Notes: generated by a model from the letters alone, not told the origin. DNA of 64,000 nt from Candidatus Gottesmanbacteria bacterium (GCA_030679255.1 JAUXTO010000013.1:84383-148382); one strand, 5' to 3'. Shown: positions 20,940-31,071, numbered from the stretch's first letter. A program made the numbers and translations.

Positions 20940-21773
20940 TTAATTGTTTAATTTATTTCTGTGTGGTAAGTAATTATGTTTCGAAACTATTGACCTGCCG
21001 AGACGTTTTTCTAAATTTCTCCTGGCTCCTCCTGCTATTCCTCCGCCGGCTATGGCATCGGATTTTAGCTTCGGAACTCCTTTGGAATCTTCATTTCGGT
21101 GAATTTCAGTGGTCGAGCGCTCTCCGAGCATTGTAAAGATCAACTCAAAGTCATCCATGTGGTCACGCAGATTTTCCTTCTTTAATCTTTTTAAATCTTT
21201 ATACTGACTCGGAGTAACACCAAATGTTGCTTTGGAAATTTCTGCGGTCAATATCTCGTAGTCTCTTTGTTCTTGCGCCCCACGGTTCTGCCACTCATCA
21301 GTGAGTTCCTCACGAATCGCAATACCACGCATACGCTTTTCAATCCAGTCATCGGGATACCCCTTCAGCTTGTACAACATCCTCGTCCTCTTGGTTGCTA
21401 ATTCTGGGTCCTCAATTTCTTTCACCCGCTCGTATCCTACGCGCGCGAGCCAACGCTTTAATGGCTCTGCCTTGGGAGAAGGAATTGACTGAATGAGACG
21501 AAATATTACTTCTGTGCTTGCGCAATCAGTAATGCGCATCCTTCCGTCTTCTGCGAGCATCTTCAAACCGTTACATTTTGTAACGGTTTCGTTTGATCCT
21601 TCATCAATGAGCCTTTTTTTGAGAACGCGCCAATAAACCTGGGGGTTTGCGCTCTCTGTTAACGCACCAACGACGTCTACTACCGAAAACCACCATTCGC
21701 CGTGATACAAAATCCTTCGGATAGTACGACCCTGAAATAGTGCAATTTTTGAAGTATCAGAAATTTGTTTCAT
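20940..21773 (-). CDS. DinD-like DNA-damage-inducible protein / Bro-N (KilAC-type) domain protein
   Basis: N-terminal LFQGRTIRRILYHGEWWFSVVDVVGALTES is a Bro-N motif. The C-terminal LKKENLRDHMDDFELIFTMLGE resembles the LKKNQKILDHMGSTELAANLF region of E. coli DinD. Confidence 0.55.
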   Translation of the reverse strand: MKQISDTSKIALFQGRTIRRILYHGEWWFSVVDVVGALTESANPQVYWRVLKKRLIDEGSNETVTKCNGLKMLAEDGRMRITDCASTEVIFRLIQSIPSPKAEPLKRWLARVGYERVKEIEDPELATKRTRMLYKLKGYPDDWIEKRMRGIAIREELTDEWQNRGAQEQRDYEILTAEISKATFGVTPSQYKDLKRLKKENLRDHMDDFELIFTMLGERSTTEIHRNEDSKGVPKLKSDAIAGGGIAGGARRNLEKRLGRSIVSKHNYLPHRNKLNN

Positions 21774-22507
21774 GGTTTATTCCAAACCCCAAATCCGTGA
21801 TCACCTGGAAATAATGTTATCTCTGTTGCCCTGTTCTCATCTTTAATTATTTCTTTTAATCTATTTACTACCCATTCAACTGGAAAATACGCTTGTCCTT
21901 TGGTGAACTCCTTTTTCTTCTCTTCAAGAGGTTTCCCACCAAAGTTTGTTAACGTGCTACCCAAAGTAATTAGGCAGAATTTTGGCTGTCTCCCATCAAA
22001 TTCTTCAGCCAGACTTAATGTTAAACCGCGAAGTGCAAACTTACTTGCGCAGTAAGTACTTCGATTCTTCATAGGAATTGTTCCAGCACCTGAACCGATA
22101 TTCATAACAAACGACTGTTTGGATTTTTTTAACCTATCAAGTAAATAACTTGTAAATAAGAAGGGGGCCATTATATTTACATTTAACATCGCTTTAAAAT
22201 CTTTCAAAGAAGATCTTTCAAACGGTGAATATATGCCTACTCCAGCGACGTTAATGAGTCCATCCAAAATTGGAAACGAACCACGTATTTTGTCACAAAT
22301 ATCGATAATTCTACGTGAATTATTAAAATCACAATTATAGTATGTAATAATACTCTTACCCGTTTGAGCTATGACCTCCCTAAGTTTCTTCTCTGACCTA
22401 CCGACGAGAATAAGTTGCGTTCCTTCCTCAGCCAATCTTGAGGTTAACGCGGATCCGATACCGCCGGATGCACCCGTAACAAGAAAAACTTTATTGTTTA
22501 ATAACAT
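21770..22507 (-). CDS. short-chain dehydrogenase/reductase (SDR)
   Basis: VFLVTGASGGIGSAL is the TGxxxGxG motif, with the catalytic NRSTYCASK (YxxxK). Confidence 0.75.
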   Translation of the reverse strand: MLLNNKVFLVTGASGGIGSALTSRLAEEGTQLILVGRSEKKLREVIAQTGKSIITYYNCDFNNSRRIIDICDKIRGSFPILDGLINVAGVGIYSPFERSSLKDFKAMLNVNIMAPFLFTSYLLDRLKKSKQSFVMNIGSGAGTIPMKNRSTYCASKFALRGLTLSLAEEFDGRQPKFCLITLGSTLTNFGGKPLEEKKKEFTKGQAYFPVEWVVNRLKEIIKDENRATEITLFPGDHGFGVWNKP

Positions 22508-22516
22508 ATCCCTTTT

Positions 22517-23275
22517 CTATCTGTGTTTTGACTGTAATTCCCACAATTTTGCGAACGTAATAAATATGCTAAACGCTTGATAAATGCTTTCGATTAAGCC
22601 GACCACTCCTGCGTGCCATCCGCCTTTTTTGATAAACGAATCCAAAAATCCGGTCAGCATGACACGCAAGAATCTCCACCACACGACGGGTGGATGACCA
22701 GCATCCAACCGAAGTTGCGCCTCAATACGTGACCACTCATTCGTTTTAGCAACCATCTCCTCGAGCGTCCGGTGGGTATCGTGGACTACTGCCCCATTTA
22801 GTCGACCCACAGCTCCGTTCACACGAGCCGTTTCATGAAGCGTTCCGTACCACTCTACGAGCGCATCTTTACGCATGAACCGCAATAGATATTCATCATT
22901 GGGCCACTGCGCACCCAAATAATAATTCTTCCTTCGTACTTCATATCCGTTGATGAGTGATGAGGAACGAGTGATGTGGTCTTGAATCTCTTTGCGTAGT
23001 TCTTCGGAAATTATCTCATCGGCATCGATATACAAAAGCCACTCACCATGGGCTTTTTCTTTTCCTATATTACGAAGCCCGGCAAAGTCACGGATATCTC
23101 CGGCCGAGACAACAATCGATCCCTTTTTATTCGCTAACTCCCGTGTGGTATCTGTGGATCCGCTGTCTACAACGATAACCTCATCCGCCCACGCAAGTGA
23201 TGACAAGCATTTTTCGATCCTTGCTTCTTCATTTCTGGCGATGACTATTGCTGATATTTTCATGCCTTTCCCCAT
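22517..23275 (-). CDS. glycosyltransferase family 2
   Basis: ISAIVIARNEE...VIVVDSGSTDTT...YIDADE are GT2 (DxD) motifs. The start is probably MKISAIV at about 23263. Confidence 0.7.
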   Translation of the reverse strand: MGKGMKISAIVIARNEEARIEKCLSSLAWADEVIVVDSGSTDTTRELANKKGSIVVSAGDIRDFAGLRNIGKEKAHGEWLLYIDADEIISEELRKEIQDHITRSSSLINGYEVRRKNYYLGAQWPNDEYLLRFMRKDALVEWYGTLHETARVNGAVGRLNGAVVHDTHRTLEEMVAKTNEWSRIEAQLRLDAGHPPVVWWRFLRVMLTGFLDSFIKKGGWHAGVVGLIESIYQAFSIFITFAKLWELQSKHR

Positions 23276-24198
23276 CTTCCTGTAAATGCATCGACCACTG
23301 CTTTTCGATGCGTTGACGGTCCCGTCACGAAAAACCGTAGAGCTTCACGAGCAAGTGCAAATTTCGTCCGTATTGATGCATAGCGCATACCCATCAGCAG
23401 TCTGTTCCTAGTCATATAGTATTGATGGGTCTCACTTCCTACGCCGCTTGAACCCGCGTTCTTGTGCCAAACAACTGACTGCGGCGCGTACAGGAGTTTA
23501 TAGCCGGCGCGTTTGGCACGCAAACAATAATCCAGATCCTCTAGGTACGCGAAAAATTTCTCGTCAAATAGTCCGATTTTTTCAAACACCTCTTTCCGCA
23601 CCATCATGGAACAACCGGTGACAAATAGCGTCTCCTCTGTCTTATCATATTGTCCCTTATCCACTTCATCAACCCCACGGTGTGACGCGTACATATTCTC
23701 CCAGTCAATAAAACCTCCGGCGTACCAAATCACTTTTCCCAATTCCGTCTCTTGGTATCTTTCTTTATGATATTCCCGCCCCGACGCAAAATAAATTTTT
23801 GATCCGGCTATACCAACACGGCTATCGCGGCACGCATCAATAAGTGTTGTTAAAGCGTTTTTATCCACGACGGTATCGTTATTGAGAAGCCATACGAAGT
23901 CAGCTCCCTGTTCCCGCGCTCTCCGGATTCCGGCGTTATTGCCTCCCGAAAACCCAAGATTTCGACCGGTCTCAATTACTTCCACATCGGGAAAATTATT
24001 TCTGATAGCCTCCACAGAACCATCGGTAGACCCATTATCGACAACAATAACTTTGACTTTTTCAGCCAGAGGCTGATCCACCTTTGGCGGAGACTTTTGA
24101 CTTTTGACTTGCCGAAGCGAAGCGAGGCATTCAAGTGTATCTTTTTTACCATTCCAGTTAACCAGGATAATAGCGACGTATGATTTGATCATGATCAA
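23260..24198 (-). CDS. glycosyltransferase family 2 (rhamnosyl/WbbL-like) carrying an in-frame partial copy of the heptamer repeat
   Basis: VAIILVNWNGKKDTLECLASLRQ-[VKSQKSPPKVDQPLAEKVK]-VIVVDNGSTDGS...NLGFSGGNNAGI. The bracketed stretch is about 12 aa longer than the usual spacing in GT2 enzymes. It is encoded by TTTTGAC heptamer repeats at 24094-24110. Confidence 0.65.
   Translation of the reverse strand: MIMIKSYVAIILVNWNGKKDTLECLASLRQVKSQKSPPKVDQPLAEKVKVIVVDNGSTDGSVEAIRNNFPDVEVIETGRNLGFSGGNNAGIRRAREQGADFVWLLNNDTVVDKNALTTLIDACRDSRVGIAGSKIYFASGREYHKERYQETELGKVIWYAGGFIDWENMYASHRGVDEVDKGQYDKTEETLFVTGCSMMVRKEVFEKIGLFDEKFFAYLEDLDYCLRAKRAGYKLLYAPQSVVWHKNAGSSGVGSETHQYYMTRNRLLMGMRYASIRTKFALAREALRFFVTGPSTHRKAVVDAFTGRWGKA
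24082..24128. repeat. partial copy A of the heptamer repeat (heptamer arm only)
   Basis: CCTTTGGCGGAGACTTTTGACTTTTGACTTGCCGAAGCGAAGCGAGGC. It shares the CTTTTGACTTTTGACTT arm but lacks the stem-loop. It lies in-frame inside the GT2 gene at 23260-24198. Confidence 0.45.
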
Positions 24199-24824
24199 TA
24201 TGTAACTATTCGGATTCTGGCATTTTGAATATTTGTATCATATTTAAGCGTCGATAATCCCATCACACGGTACGTTCTTGCGCCTGATTCAAGTGTGATC
24301 GCTGCTTCCTTTTTCGTAAGCACGGGTCCTTCCGAACTTACTTCACTAAACCAAACATCGTGTTTATCCGTCACATTATAAAGCTTGGCATACACTTGGC
24401 CGTTTGCGGTGGGAATCTTGAGATACACTTCAAACGTCACTGATTTAATGGCAGGATAATTGGCGGTATCGATAATAGCTTCTACTCCTGGAATGTCCTG
24501 CCAAACATTACTTTGAGTCATACCGGATCCAAACGAAATATAATATTCCTTTACACTCCCGCTTGTCTGCGGCGGCGAACGTTGTTCAGAATTAGTGGTA
24601 GGTAACGCATCTATACGCTCACGAAGTGCACTAATTTGAGTTTCACAGAATGATGAACATGCGTCTATCGGAGCTGGCGTGGGTAAAATACGTATAGTCG
24701 TTGCAGCCATTTCGCTTGGACGCACAGAGCGACCAGAAAATATCACAAGATCAAGCATCACGATATTCACCGTAAGGAGTAACAAAAACGACGCGACAAG
24801 CCCAATCTTAACGGTAGGTGGCAT
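24195..24824 (-). CDS. hypothetical exported/membrane-anchored protein
   Basis: 209 aa. The N-terminal hydrophobic segment VKIGLVASFLLLLTVNIVMLDLVIF is followed by a hydrophilic domain. No family is recognised. Confidence 0.35.
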   Translation of the reverse strand: MPPTVKIGLVASFLLLLTVNIVMLDLVIFSGRSVRPSEMAATTIRILPTPAPIDACSSFCETQISALRERIDALPTTNSEQRSPPQTSGSVKEYYISFGSGMTQSNVWQDIPGVEAIIDTANYPAIKSVTFEVYLKIPTANGQVYAKLYNVTDKHDVWFSEVSSEGPVLTKKEAAITLESGARTYRVMGLSTLKYDTNIQNARIRIVTY

Positions 24825-25731
24825 ATTTACGTACCATACGGTACCACAGTTTCTTCATAACATTCGTAGTCTGAGAAATTTTGACGCTCAGCAACCAATA
24901 TCGAACCTCGCGCTGGGCTCGACTGATCTCCTCCTCCACATGGTTCATCGATACTTCACGCTCTATAAATTTTCCCATCTCCCATAATTTTGCATAGGTA
25001 CAAAATGTATAAAACGCTTGAAATACACTAAGCATTAGACCATGAAAACCGGCTTTATATCCGTATTGCAAAAAATATATTTTCAAAAAATCTGATAGTG
25101 GATAACGAATTACATCATGCCAATTTATTTGATTATGCAACTCCTTCAGATACAATGCCTCGCTGGTAGATGCTCGATCAATTTTCATGAGGTATTGATG
25201 AACTGATTCGTAATTATAATGAATATAGGGTTCTACCAGTTGTCCCGTAGACCCTGAAACCTCAATATATTCATGAATATGCATACATGGAAATTTACCG
25301 TTACCACGCCGAAACAATCGAAGCTGTCTGTCCGGCCACCATAATCCGTATTGAATCCATTTTCCAAACAGAATATTCTTTCTTGCTATCCAAAAGCCAT
25401 CGATCTGCTTGTTGGAAGCGGAGAAATTAGAATTGAGAACTCTATGTTTTATCTCCTGAGCTAATTCCGCAGGAATCACTTCATCTCCATCAAGATTGAG
25501 AATCCAGTCGCTTTTTGCTTTCACAAATCCCATATTTTTATTGATATTAAGCATGAGATTATTCTTAGCTTTATACACCTTTGCACCATACGATGTTGCA
25601 ATGCTCACGGTTCGATCGGAGGACTCATTGTCAATAACAATAATCTCGTCGGCCCAATGGAGAGCCGCAAGTGTACGACCAAGTTTCGCTTCTTCGTTGT
25701 ATACAGATAGAACAACACTTATCGTTTCCAT
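24808..25731 (-). CDS. glycosyltransferase family 2
   Basis: ISVVLSVYNEE...IIVIDNESSDRT...NLDGDE are GT2 motifs. Confidence 0.7.
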   Translation of the reverse strand: METISVVLSVYNEEAKLGRTLAALHWADEIIVIDNESSDRTVSIATSYGAKVYKAKNNLMLNINKNMGFVKAKSDWILNLDGDEVIPAELAQEIKHRVLNSNFSASNKQIDGFWIARKNILFGKWIQYGLWWPDRQLRLFRRGNGKFPCMHIHEYIEVSGSTGQLVEPYIHYNYESVHQYLMKIDRASTSEALYLKELHNQINWHDVIRYPLSDFLKIYFLQYGYKAGFHGLMLSVFQAFYTFCTYAKLWEMGKFIEREVSMNHVEEEISRAQREVRYWLLSVKISQTTNVMKKLWYRMVRKYATYR

Positions 25732-27179
25732 AATGTAGAAAGATTAGATGTAAGCGCACGTAATTTTTCACGTTCGAATACCCATACTATACCTCCAAAG
25801 AGTATACCACCCGTAATCACCGCAACTATAGTATTCGGAAGTGATGAACCAAAAAACATAATAATTCCAAAAGATAACATCACCTGTCCAATACTCCCGA
25901 TAAACGGTATTTGGACACAAGTCAGAAAAGAAAACGGAACTGCTCGCTGAGTAAGGATTACTACAAGAATAAGAGTCGATGTGATAAGAAGTAACGAAAA
26001 GGCAACTCCGTTAAATCCCAAAATAGGAAGAAGAGATACGGTAAGTACCCACGTGAGCAAGGTCCAAAGAATCATAAGTTTGAGTGTTGTTTTGATAAAC
26101 CCCAGCGCATTAAGTGCATTCGTGAGTGGAGTAGATAGACTTGCAATTGCAGAAGCAACGGCAAAGAGATAAAAAGAAAATACTGCAGGTTCCCATTTGC
26201 CGTAACGTGGAATAATCGCAATAAGTGGTTTGATTGCTATAATCATTGCGATTGTAATCGGAAAAATAGTTACTGACAACCCAAACAATGTTTTCTCTAT
26301 CGCGAGACGCAACCGTTCCTTATCATGCTGCAGTCTTGAGAAAGCAGGAAACGTTACGCGGATTACGCTATCCATGATGAGTCGCAATGGTACTTCCGCC
26401 CATTTCTTAGCCCAACCGATATACCCAATATGACTGAGAGGTAAAGCTCTTCCCAAAAACACCGTCAAAAGATCATCTTTAATAAGCGCTAAAAAAGAAT
26501 TTAATTGAAACGGAATGCCATACCTCATGAGATGCTTGGCGACCTCCCGAGAGATCCCAAATCCTGGTTTCCATGGAGCAACAATGTACATAGCAACAAA
26601 CCCGACTATTGCCCGTACTGCTACTGCCCAGGTAAAACTTGTTACGCCAAATCCAAGCCACGCGAGGAAAATTGCAGTTGAATAGAAACCAATAGTTTCA
26701 AGAATCTGCGGAATAATTAAAGTAGAAAATGCCAATTCCCGTTCAAGTAATATCGATGGAATAGTTTTCAGTGACGAAATAAAAAATGCAATAGCAAGTA
26801 CGCGTAAAAGCCATATACCGGAGTCATCAAGCCCATACCAACCGCCAATCGTTGTAGACCCGGCAAGCGCGATTATCACCGCAGAACCAACTAATATTTG
26901 TTGGATAGTAAATGTTGTCACGAGATCTTCACGCGTAAGTTTTTCCTTTTTTTGTATGAGCGCGGCGGCAAGACCGACATCAGAAAAGTATCCCAAAAAA
27001 GAAATTATTGCTGAAACAACATAAAATAATCCAAACACTTCGGGAGTTAAAAAAATGGTAAGAAAAATAGTCGCGACAAATGCGATAATCTGCAATATAA
27101 ATGTACGAGAGGTCAGCGCCACTACGCCTGCAATTGAACGCGCTTTTATCACTTCGATCCCAAATTCTTTATGAGCCAT
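25719..27179 (-). CDS. polysaccharide biosynthesis protein / Wzx-like flippase (MOP superfamily)
   Basis: 486 aa with about 12-14 transmembrane segments. The organisation is typical of Polysacc_synt/Wzx oligosaccharide-lipid flippases. Confidence 0.65.
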   Translation of the reverse strand: MAHKEFGIEVIKARSIAGVVALTSRTFILQIIAFVATIFLTIFLTPEVFGLFYVVSAIISFLGYFSDVGLAAALIQKKEKLTREDLVTTFTIQQILVGSAVIIALAGSTTIGGWYGLDDSGIWLLRVLAIAFFISSLKTIPSILLERELAFSTLIIPQILETIGFYSTAIFLAWLGFGVTSFTWAVAVRAIVGFVAMYIVAPWKPGFGISREVAKHLMRYGIPFQLNSFLALIKDDLLTVFLGRALPLSHIGYIGWAKKWAEVPLRLIMDSVIRVTFPAFSRLQHDKERLRLAIEKTLFGLSVTIFPITIAMIIAIKPLIAIIPRYGKWEPAVFSFYLFAVASAIASLSTPLTNALNALGFIKTTLKLMILWTLLTWVLTVSLLPILGFNGVAFSLLLITSTLILVVILTQRAVPFSFLTCVQIPFIGSIGQVMLSFGIIMFFGSSLPNTIVAVITGGILFGGIVWVFEREKLRALTSNLSTLWKR

Positions 27180-27909
27180 AATCTTTTCGAATCCATGGAC
27201 GTGTCCAAAAAAGCCTCCAAAGACCTCTGAGGTCTCCCATTGCTGTTTTCATGACCCGCACGGTCGATCCGGGATTATCTATCCATGTCACTGGTTCTTC
27301 ATAGATCCTGTACCCTAATTTTTCGGCTAAAATAAGCAATTCACTATCAAAAAACCATTCATTATCTATCACGCGAGGAACGAGTCGTTCTGCCATATGT
27401 CTTGTGGTCGCTTTAAATCCGCACTGAGCATCAGAAAAATGTACCCAAAAAAATAATTTGATCAAGAGTATGTATCCTTTTGATGTTACGGTACGCAGAA
27501 TACTCCTACCATAAACCCGCGACCCACGGGCATTTCTTGTTCCAATTGCGATATCATACCCCCGCACAAGTGAACCAACTAAAGCAGGAAGATGCTTTAG
27601 ATCCGTTGAGAGATCCACGTCCATATACGCAACAAAATCTGTCGAAAGGGAGTCCCACGCAAATTTTACCGCACGTCCACGTCCTTTTTGATCCAAGTGG
27701 ATCACTCGGACGGACTTATCTTTCCGGGCTATATCCCGACCGATTGAGAGCGTGCTATCGGTAGAGGCATTATCCGCTATAGTTATGACCCAATCAAAAT
27801 CAGATAAATACTCTCCTGCGAAACGACAGAGTGTGCGGATGCACGCTAATAATTCCTTTTCTTCATTATAAACAGGAATAACGATATTAAGCGATAATTT
27901 TTTTGCCAT
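27169..27909 (-). CDS. GT2 polyprenyl-phosphate sugar synthase (Dpm1/GtrB/ArnC-like)
   Basis: LNIVIPVYNEE...DVDLSTD...DAQCGFKA are characteristic of dolichyl/undecaprenyl-phosphate hexose synthases. The start is MAKKLSL. Confidence 0.7.
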   Translation of the reverse strand: MAKKLSLNIVIPVYNEEKELLACIRTLCRFAGEYLSDFDWVITIADNASTDSTLSIGRDIARKDKSVRVIHLDQKGRGRAVKFAWDSLSTDFVAYMDVDLSTDLKHLPALVGSLVRGYDIAIGTRNARGSRVYGRSILRTVTSKGYILLIKLFFWVHFSDAQCGFKATTRHMAERLVPRVIDNEWFFDSELLILAEKLGYRIYEEPVTWIDNPGSTVRVMKTAMGDLRGLWRLFWTRPWIRKDYGS

Positions 27910-29551
27910 AGATACGTAAAAACAGTAAAACAACGAGTATGCTTATTATATTCCCCGCCGTGCGCACTGGAGTATTGGTAAAATGCAACTCCACGACACT
28001 CCGACCCGAGGGAATCCTGACCATCGGTAATCCATTCGTCTCGCGAGCTGTCTGGACTGATCCATTGACCCAGTATATCCACCCAGGGAAATAGACTCGA
28101 TTAAGCACGACTTCAATCGGATTATCCGTATAAACCGCAAGCTTTACGTATGTTTCCGTATTGATCTCTGTTTCTACCCGGTAACCCAATAACGGTTGAG
28201 TGCTGAGAATCTCACGCGCCACACGAGATGGATTTCCAGGCTTAACAAAAGATTGGGGTAAATATTCATCGGAAATTCCAGAAACACGCCACAGTAGTTC
28301 TGCTTCGCCCTCATACGATTCTACCGGTTTGTCATAGACATATTGGGGCACAAATACTTTAGCGTTTACTACAATGACTCCCATTATCATGATCACGGCA
28401 AGTCCTCTCCGTATCCACTTCCGGGATATCCAAAAAAGTATCGATCCCCCAAAAACAGATGCTGCAAATACTAACCCCGTGAGAAACCGCCATGGATATT
28501 GTACATATGCCAAACCCGGAATAATTTCCCATACCGGCTGTGAGACAGAAAGAAGCATGACAGCGCTTCCTATTCCAAATATACTCATAAATCCAATAGG
28601 GTGAATCCAAAATTCTTTTTTCAGACGCAACGCGGCCAAGACCACCCCAAGAACGCCCAATACTACGTGGAGTTTACCGATTTTAAAAGACATACCATCG
28701 ATACACCCGGGAGCAGAACCACCGTATCCCCACAACGAATTCCAAAGTTGTCCGATGCAAACAAAATGATTACGGAAATTTGCCGTGGCCCCAATCTGAC
28801 CTGCAACATTTGTATATCCCATCTCAGTGATGGCGGGAATCCAAAAAAAAGCGGACAGACCAAGTCCGACCAGAAGAAGTGAAAAATGATACGTAATGAG
28901 GGATGAGTGAAAACGTTTCGTAATCAATACATATGCCGCATAGAACACGAAACCTAATCCATAAAACACCACCGACACGAATCCCGTGATAGTGTGGGAC
29001 AGGATGATACCGGCCAGCCCCAATCCGCCTATCCATCCACCATGCTTGCGTCGGTTTAGATCTGTGTATAAATAAACTCCAAGAAATAAAAGTGGTAACA
29101 ATGCGTATGCCCATAGCTCGCCGAGCGCTCCCCGTACATATAACTGGACTGCGTGGTAGGGTGCATATGCATAGAGAAGACCGGCTATGATCCCACTCAG
29201 GTCACCAAACAGCATTCTGACAAAAACATACATCGTGATGGCAGCAATGATCATTCCCAATACCATGACTGCTTTGGTTGATCGAAGACCATCTAATCCT
29301 GCCGCGTAGAGGGAGCCTCCCAGATAGTAAGGGAGCGGACCATAAAAATTATATAACGGATATCCATAGCCATATCCGAGATCTGAAACCCACCGTACAG
29401 GAAATTGACCGTTTCGGATTGCTTTCCCCATGACAATGACTCGTGCGATCTGCGTATCATCATGCATCGAAAAATATCCCTTCGAAAGTATTGGCTGGAC
29501 AATGGGGATGCAAAGAATAATAAGAAAAACGATAATGAGTAATTTCTTCAT
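27887..29551 (-). CDS. PTPS-related polytopic membrane protein (PF10131-like; putative membrane glycosyltransferase)
   Basis: 554 aa. YFSMHDDTQIARVIVMGKAIRNGQFPVRWVSDLGYGYGYPLYNFYGPLPYY matches the 6-pyruvoyl-tetrahydropterin-synthase-related membrane protein family. About 12 transmembrane segments are followed by a C-terminal beta-rich domain. Confidence 0.5.
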   Translation of the reverse strand: MKKLLIIVFLIILCIPIVQPILSKGYFSMHDDTQIARVIVMGKAIRNGQFPVRWVSDLGYGYGYPLYNFYGPLPYYLGGSLYAAGLDGLRSTKAVMVLGMIIAAITMYVFVRMLFGDLSGIIAGLLYAYAPYHAVQLYVRGALGELWAYALLPLLFLGVYLYTDLNRRKHGGWIGGLGLAGIILSHTITGFVSVVFYGLGFVFYAAYVLITKRFHSSLITYHFSLLLVGLGLSAFFWIPAITEMGYTNVAGQIGATANFRNHFVCIGQLWNSLWGYGGSAPGCIDGMSFKIGKLHVVLGVLGVVLAALRLKKEFWIHPIGFMSIFGIGSAVMLLSVSQPVWEIIPGLAYVQYPWRFLTGLVFAASVFGGSILFWISRKWIRRGLAVIMIMGVIVVNAKVFVPQYVYDKPVESYEGEAELLWRVSGISDEYLPQSFVKPGNPSRVAREILSTQPLLGYRVETEINTETYVKLAVYTDNPIEVVLNRVYFPGWIYWVNGSVQTARETNGLPMVRIPSGRSVVELHFTNTPVRTAGNIISILVVLLFLRIYGKKIIA

Positions 29552-31071
29552 CGTCGGTATGTTTTAAACAAATACACAATATATACGAGCGCCCCAACAA
29601 ACGAAACGAAATCAGCAAGAAATCGAGGCACTGTCTCCCGAAACTCTGCGATGAACCGGTGGCTTCCCACGGGAACAGACACTTCAATAAATCCGTCAGG
29701 ATTCTGATATGATATTTTCGTAGGAACATTATTAATCATGATTCCCCACCCGGGATAATAGATGGTATTGAGCCGTACAACACTCTCTTCCGAGGTTTCA
29801 ATATGTGCGATGATGCGTTGTGTATTGAGATACTCATAGACTATTCTACCTCTCCCTGAACTAATAATAAGTCGTTCTGAAGATCTGGAATTTTGTATGC
29901 GTGACACCCAGCGTGGCATATATTCGTTCATAACCGTCGTGGTCCCCTCATTGGTCGTATAGTACCCTTCGTCACGATGAGTATATGAAATGTTATTCAG
30001 TGCACTCCATACTGGAATCGCAAGGATAAAAATCAATACGACCGAGAACAATACTTTTTGATTAACAAATTTTTCTGAAACCGATGCTACTACCCATGGC
30101 GTCATAAGCGTTCCCACAGCAAGAAACCGGAACGGGAACTGAACAAGTGTTGCAAAAGTAGGTATCTCCCATAATGACCGACTAAACGGAGATGCTAACC
30201 ACATGCTTATCAAAAAAAAGAACAAATAGATACCTACGGAATTTTTAATTGATAATCTTCTGAATTTTAAAAGAATTAAGAAGCAAGCAACAATTCCCGA
30301 TAATCCTACAAGCCAAAAATTTTGCAGGGTAAGAAAATATGCAAATGGATCTGATACCAAAACCATGTCAAACCGGATTAATTTCTTTTCCATGAGCGCG
30401 GGTAACCAAAAGAAAGTTGCCATAACTATTCCTAAAGCCAACAACCATAGATATTCAAATTTTGTTTTCACGAGTATAAAAACAAGTAAAACCAAAACAA
30501 AAAGAAGAGCGAGTGTATTATGGCTGACGATAAGAAATGCGATAGAAATAGGAAATAACCATTTTTTTCCACTTTCAATGCTATAGATACCCAGTGAAGC
30601 CGGAAAAAATGCAAGTATCTCACCCACAGACCCTCTCTTATACAAATCAAAAAGCAGGTACGGTGCACAAATAAATGCCAAGACGCCAACGCTACTTGAG
30701 AATCGTGAAAACTCCCTACGCAACCCTAAATAAAGTATTACCGCAGTGCCAATCACAGATCCGCCAAGCATGATCTTGACACTGTCAACAAATGTGAATC
30801 CTATGTAATGGAGTAAGGACCCAATGTAAAGAAATCCAGGGTATAAAAAATTAGCGACTGGATATCCGTAGCTATTATTCAATCTTCCCAAAAATCTTAC
30901 TGGAAATTGGTGATCTCTTAAGCTCTGATAAAAAGCGGAGAGCCGGATAATCATCCATTCTCCATCATCAGAGATATAAAACCCCGGACGAATAAGTGGC
31001 CATAAAACAACCATGATGGCAAGTACGACCAACAGAATGGGAAACAATGATTGTATCCGCTTTACATTCAT
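29548..31071 (-). CDS. PTPS-related polytopic membrane protein, tandem paralog
   Basis: GFYISDDGEWMIIRLSAFYQSLRDHQFPVRFLGRLNNSYGYPVANFLYP has the same architecture as the upstream gene. Confidence 0.5.
   Translation of the reverse strand: MNVKRIQSLFPILLVVLAIMVVLWPLIRPGFYISDDGEWMIIRLSAFYQSLRDHQFPVRFLGRLNNSYGYPVANFLYPGFLYIGSLLHYIGFTFVDSVKIMLGGSVIGTAVILYLGLRREFSRFSSSVGVLAFICAPYLLFDLYKRGSVGEILAFFPASLGIYSIESGKKWLFPISIAFLIVSHNTLALLFVLVLLVFILVKTKFEYLWLLALGIVMATFFWLPALMEKKLIRFDMVLVSDPFAYFLTLQNFWLVGLSGIVACFLILLKFRRLSIKNSVGIYLFFFLISMWLASPFSRSLWEIPTFATLVQFPFRFLAVGTLMTPWVVASVSEKFVNQKVLFSVVLIFILAIPVWSALNNISYTHRDEGYYTTNEGTTTVMNEYMPRWVSRIQNSRSSERLIISSGRGRIVYEYLNTQRIIAHIETSEESVVRLNTIYYPGWGIMINNVPTKISYQNPDGFIEVSVPVGSHRFIAEFRETVPRFLADFVSFVGALVYIVYLFKTYRR

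Noticed and set aside
24094-24110. TTTTGAC tandem heptamers as a possible CRISPR or minisatellite
   Set aside because: There are only 2-3 units, no spacer structure and no cas genes. It is better explained as the arm of the dispersed repeat element.
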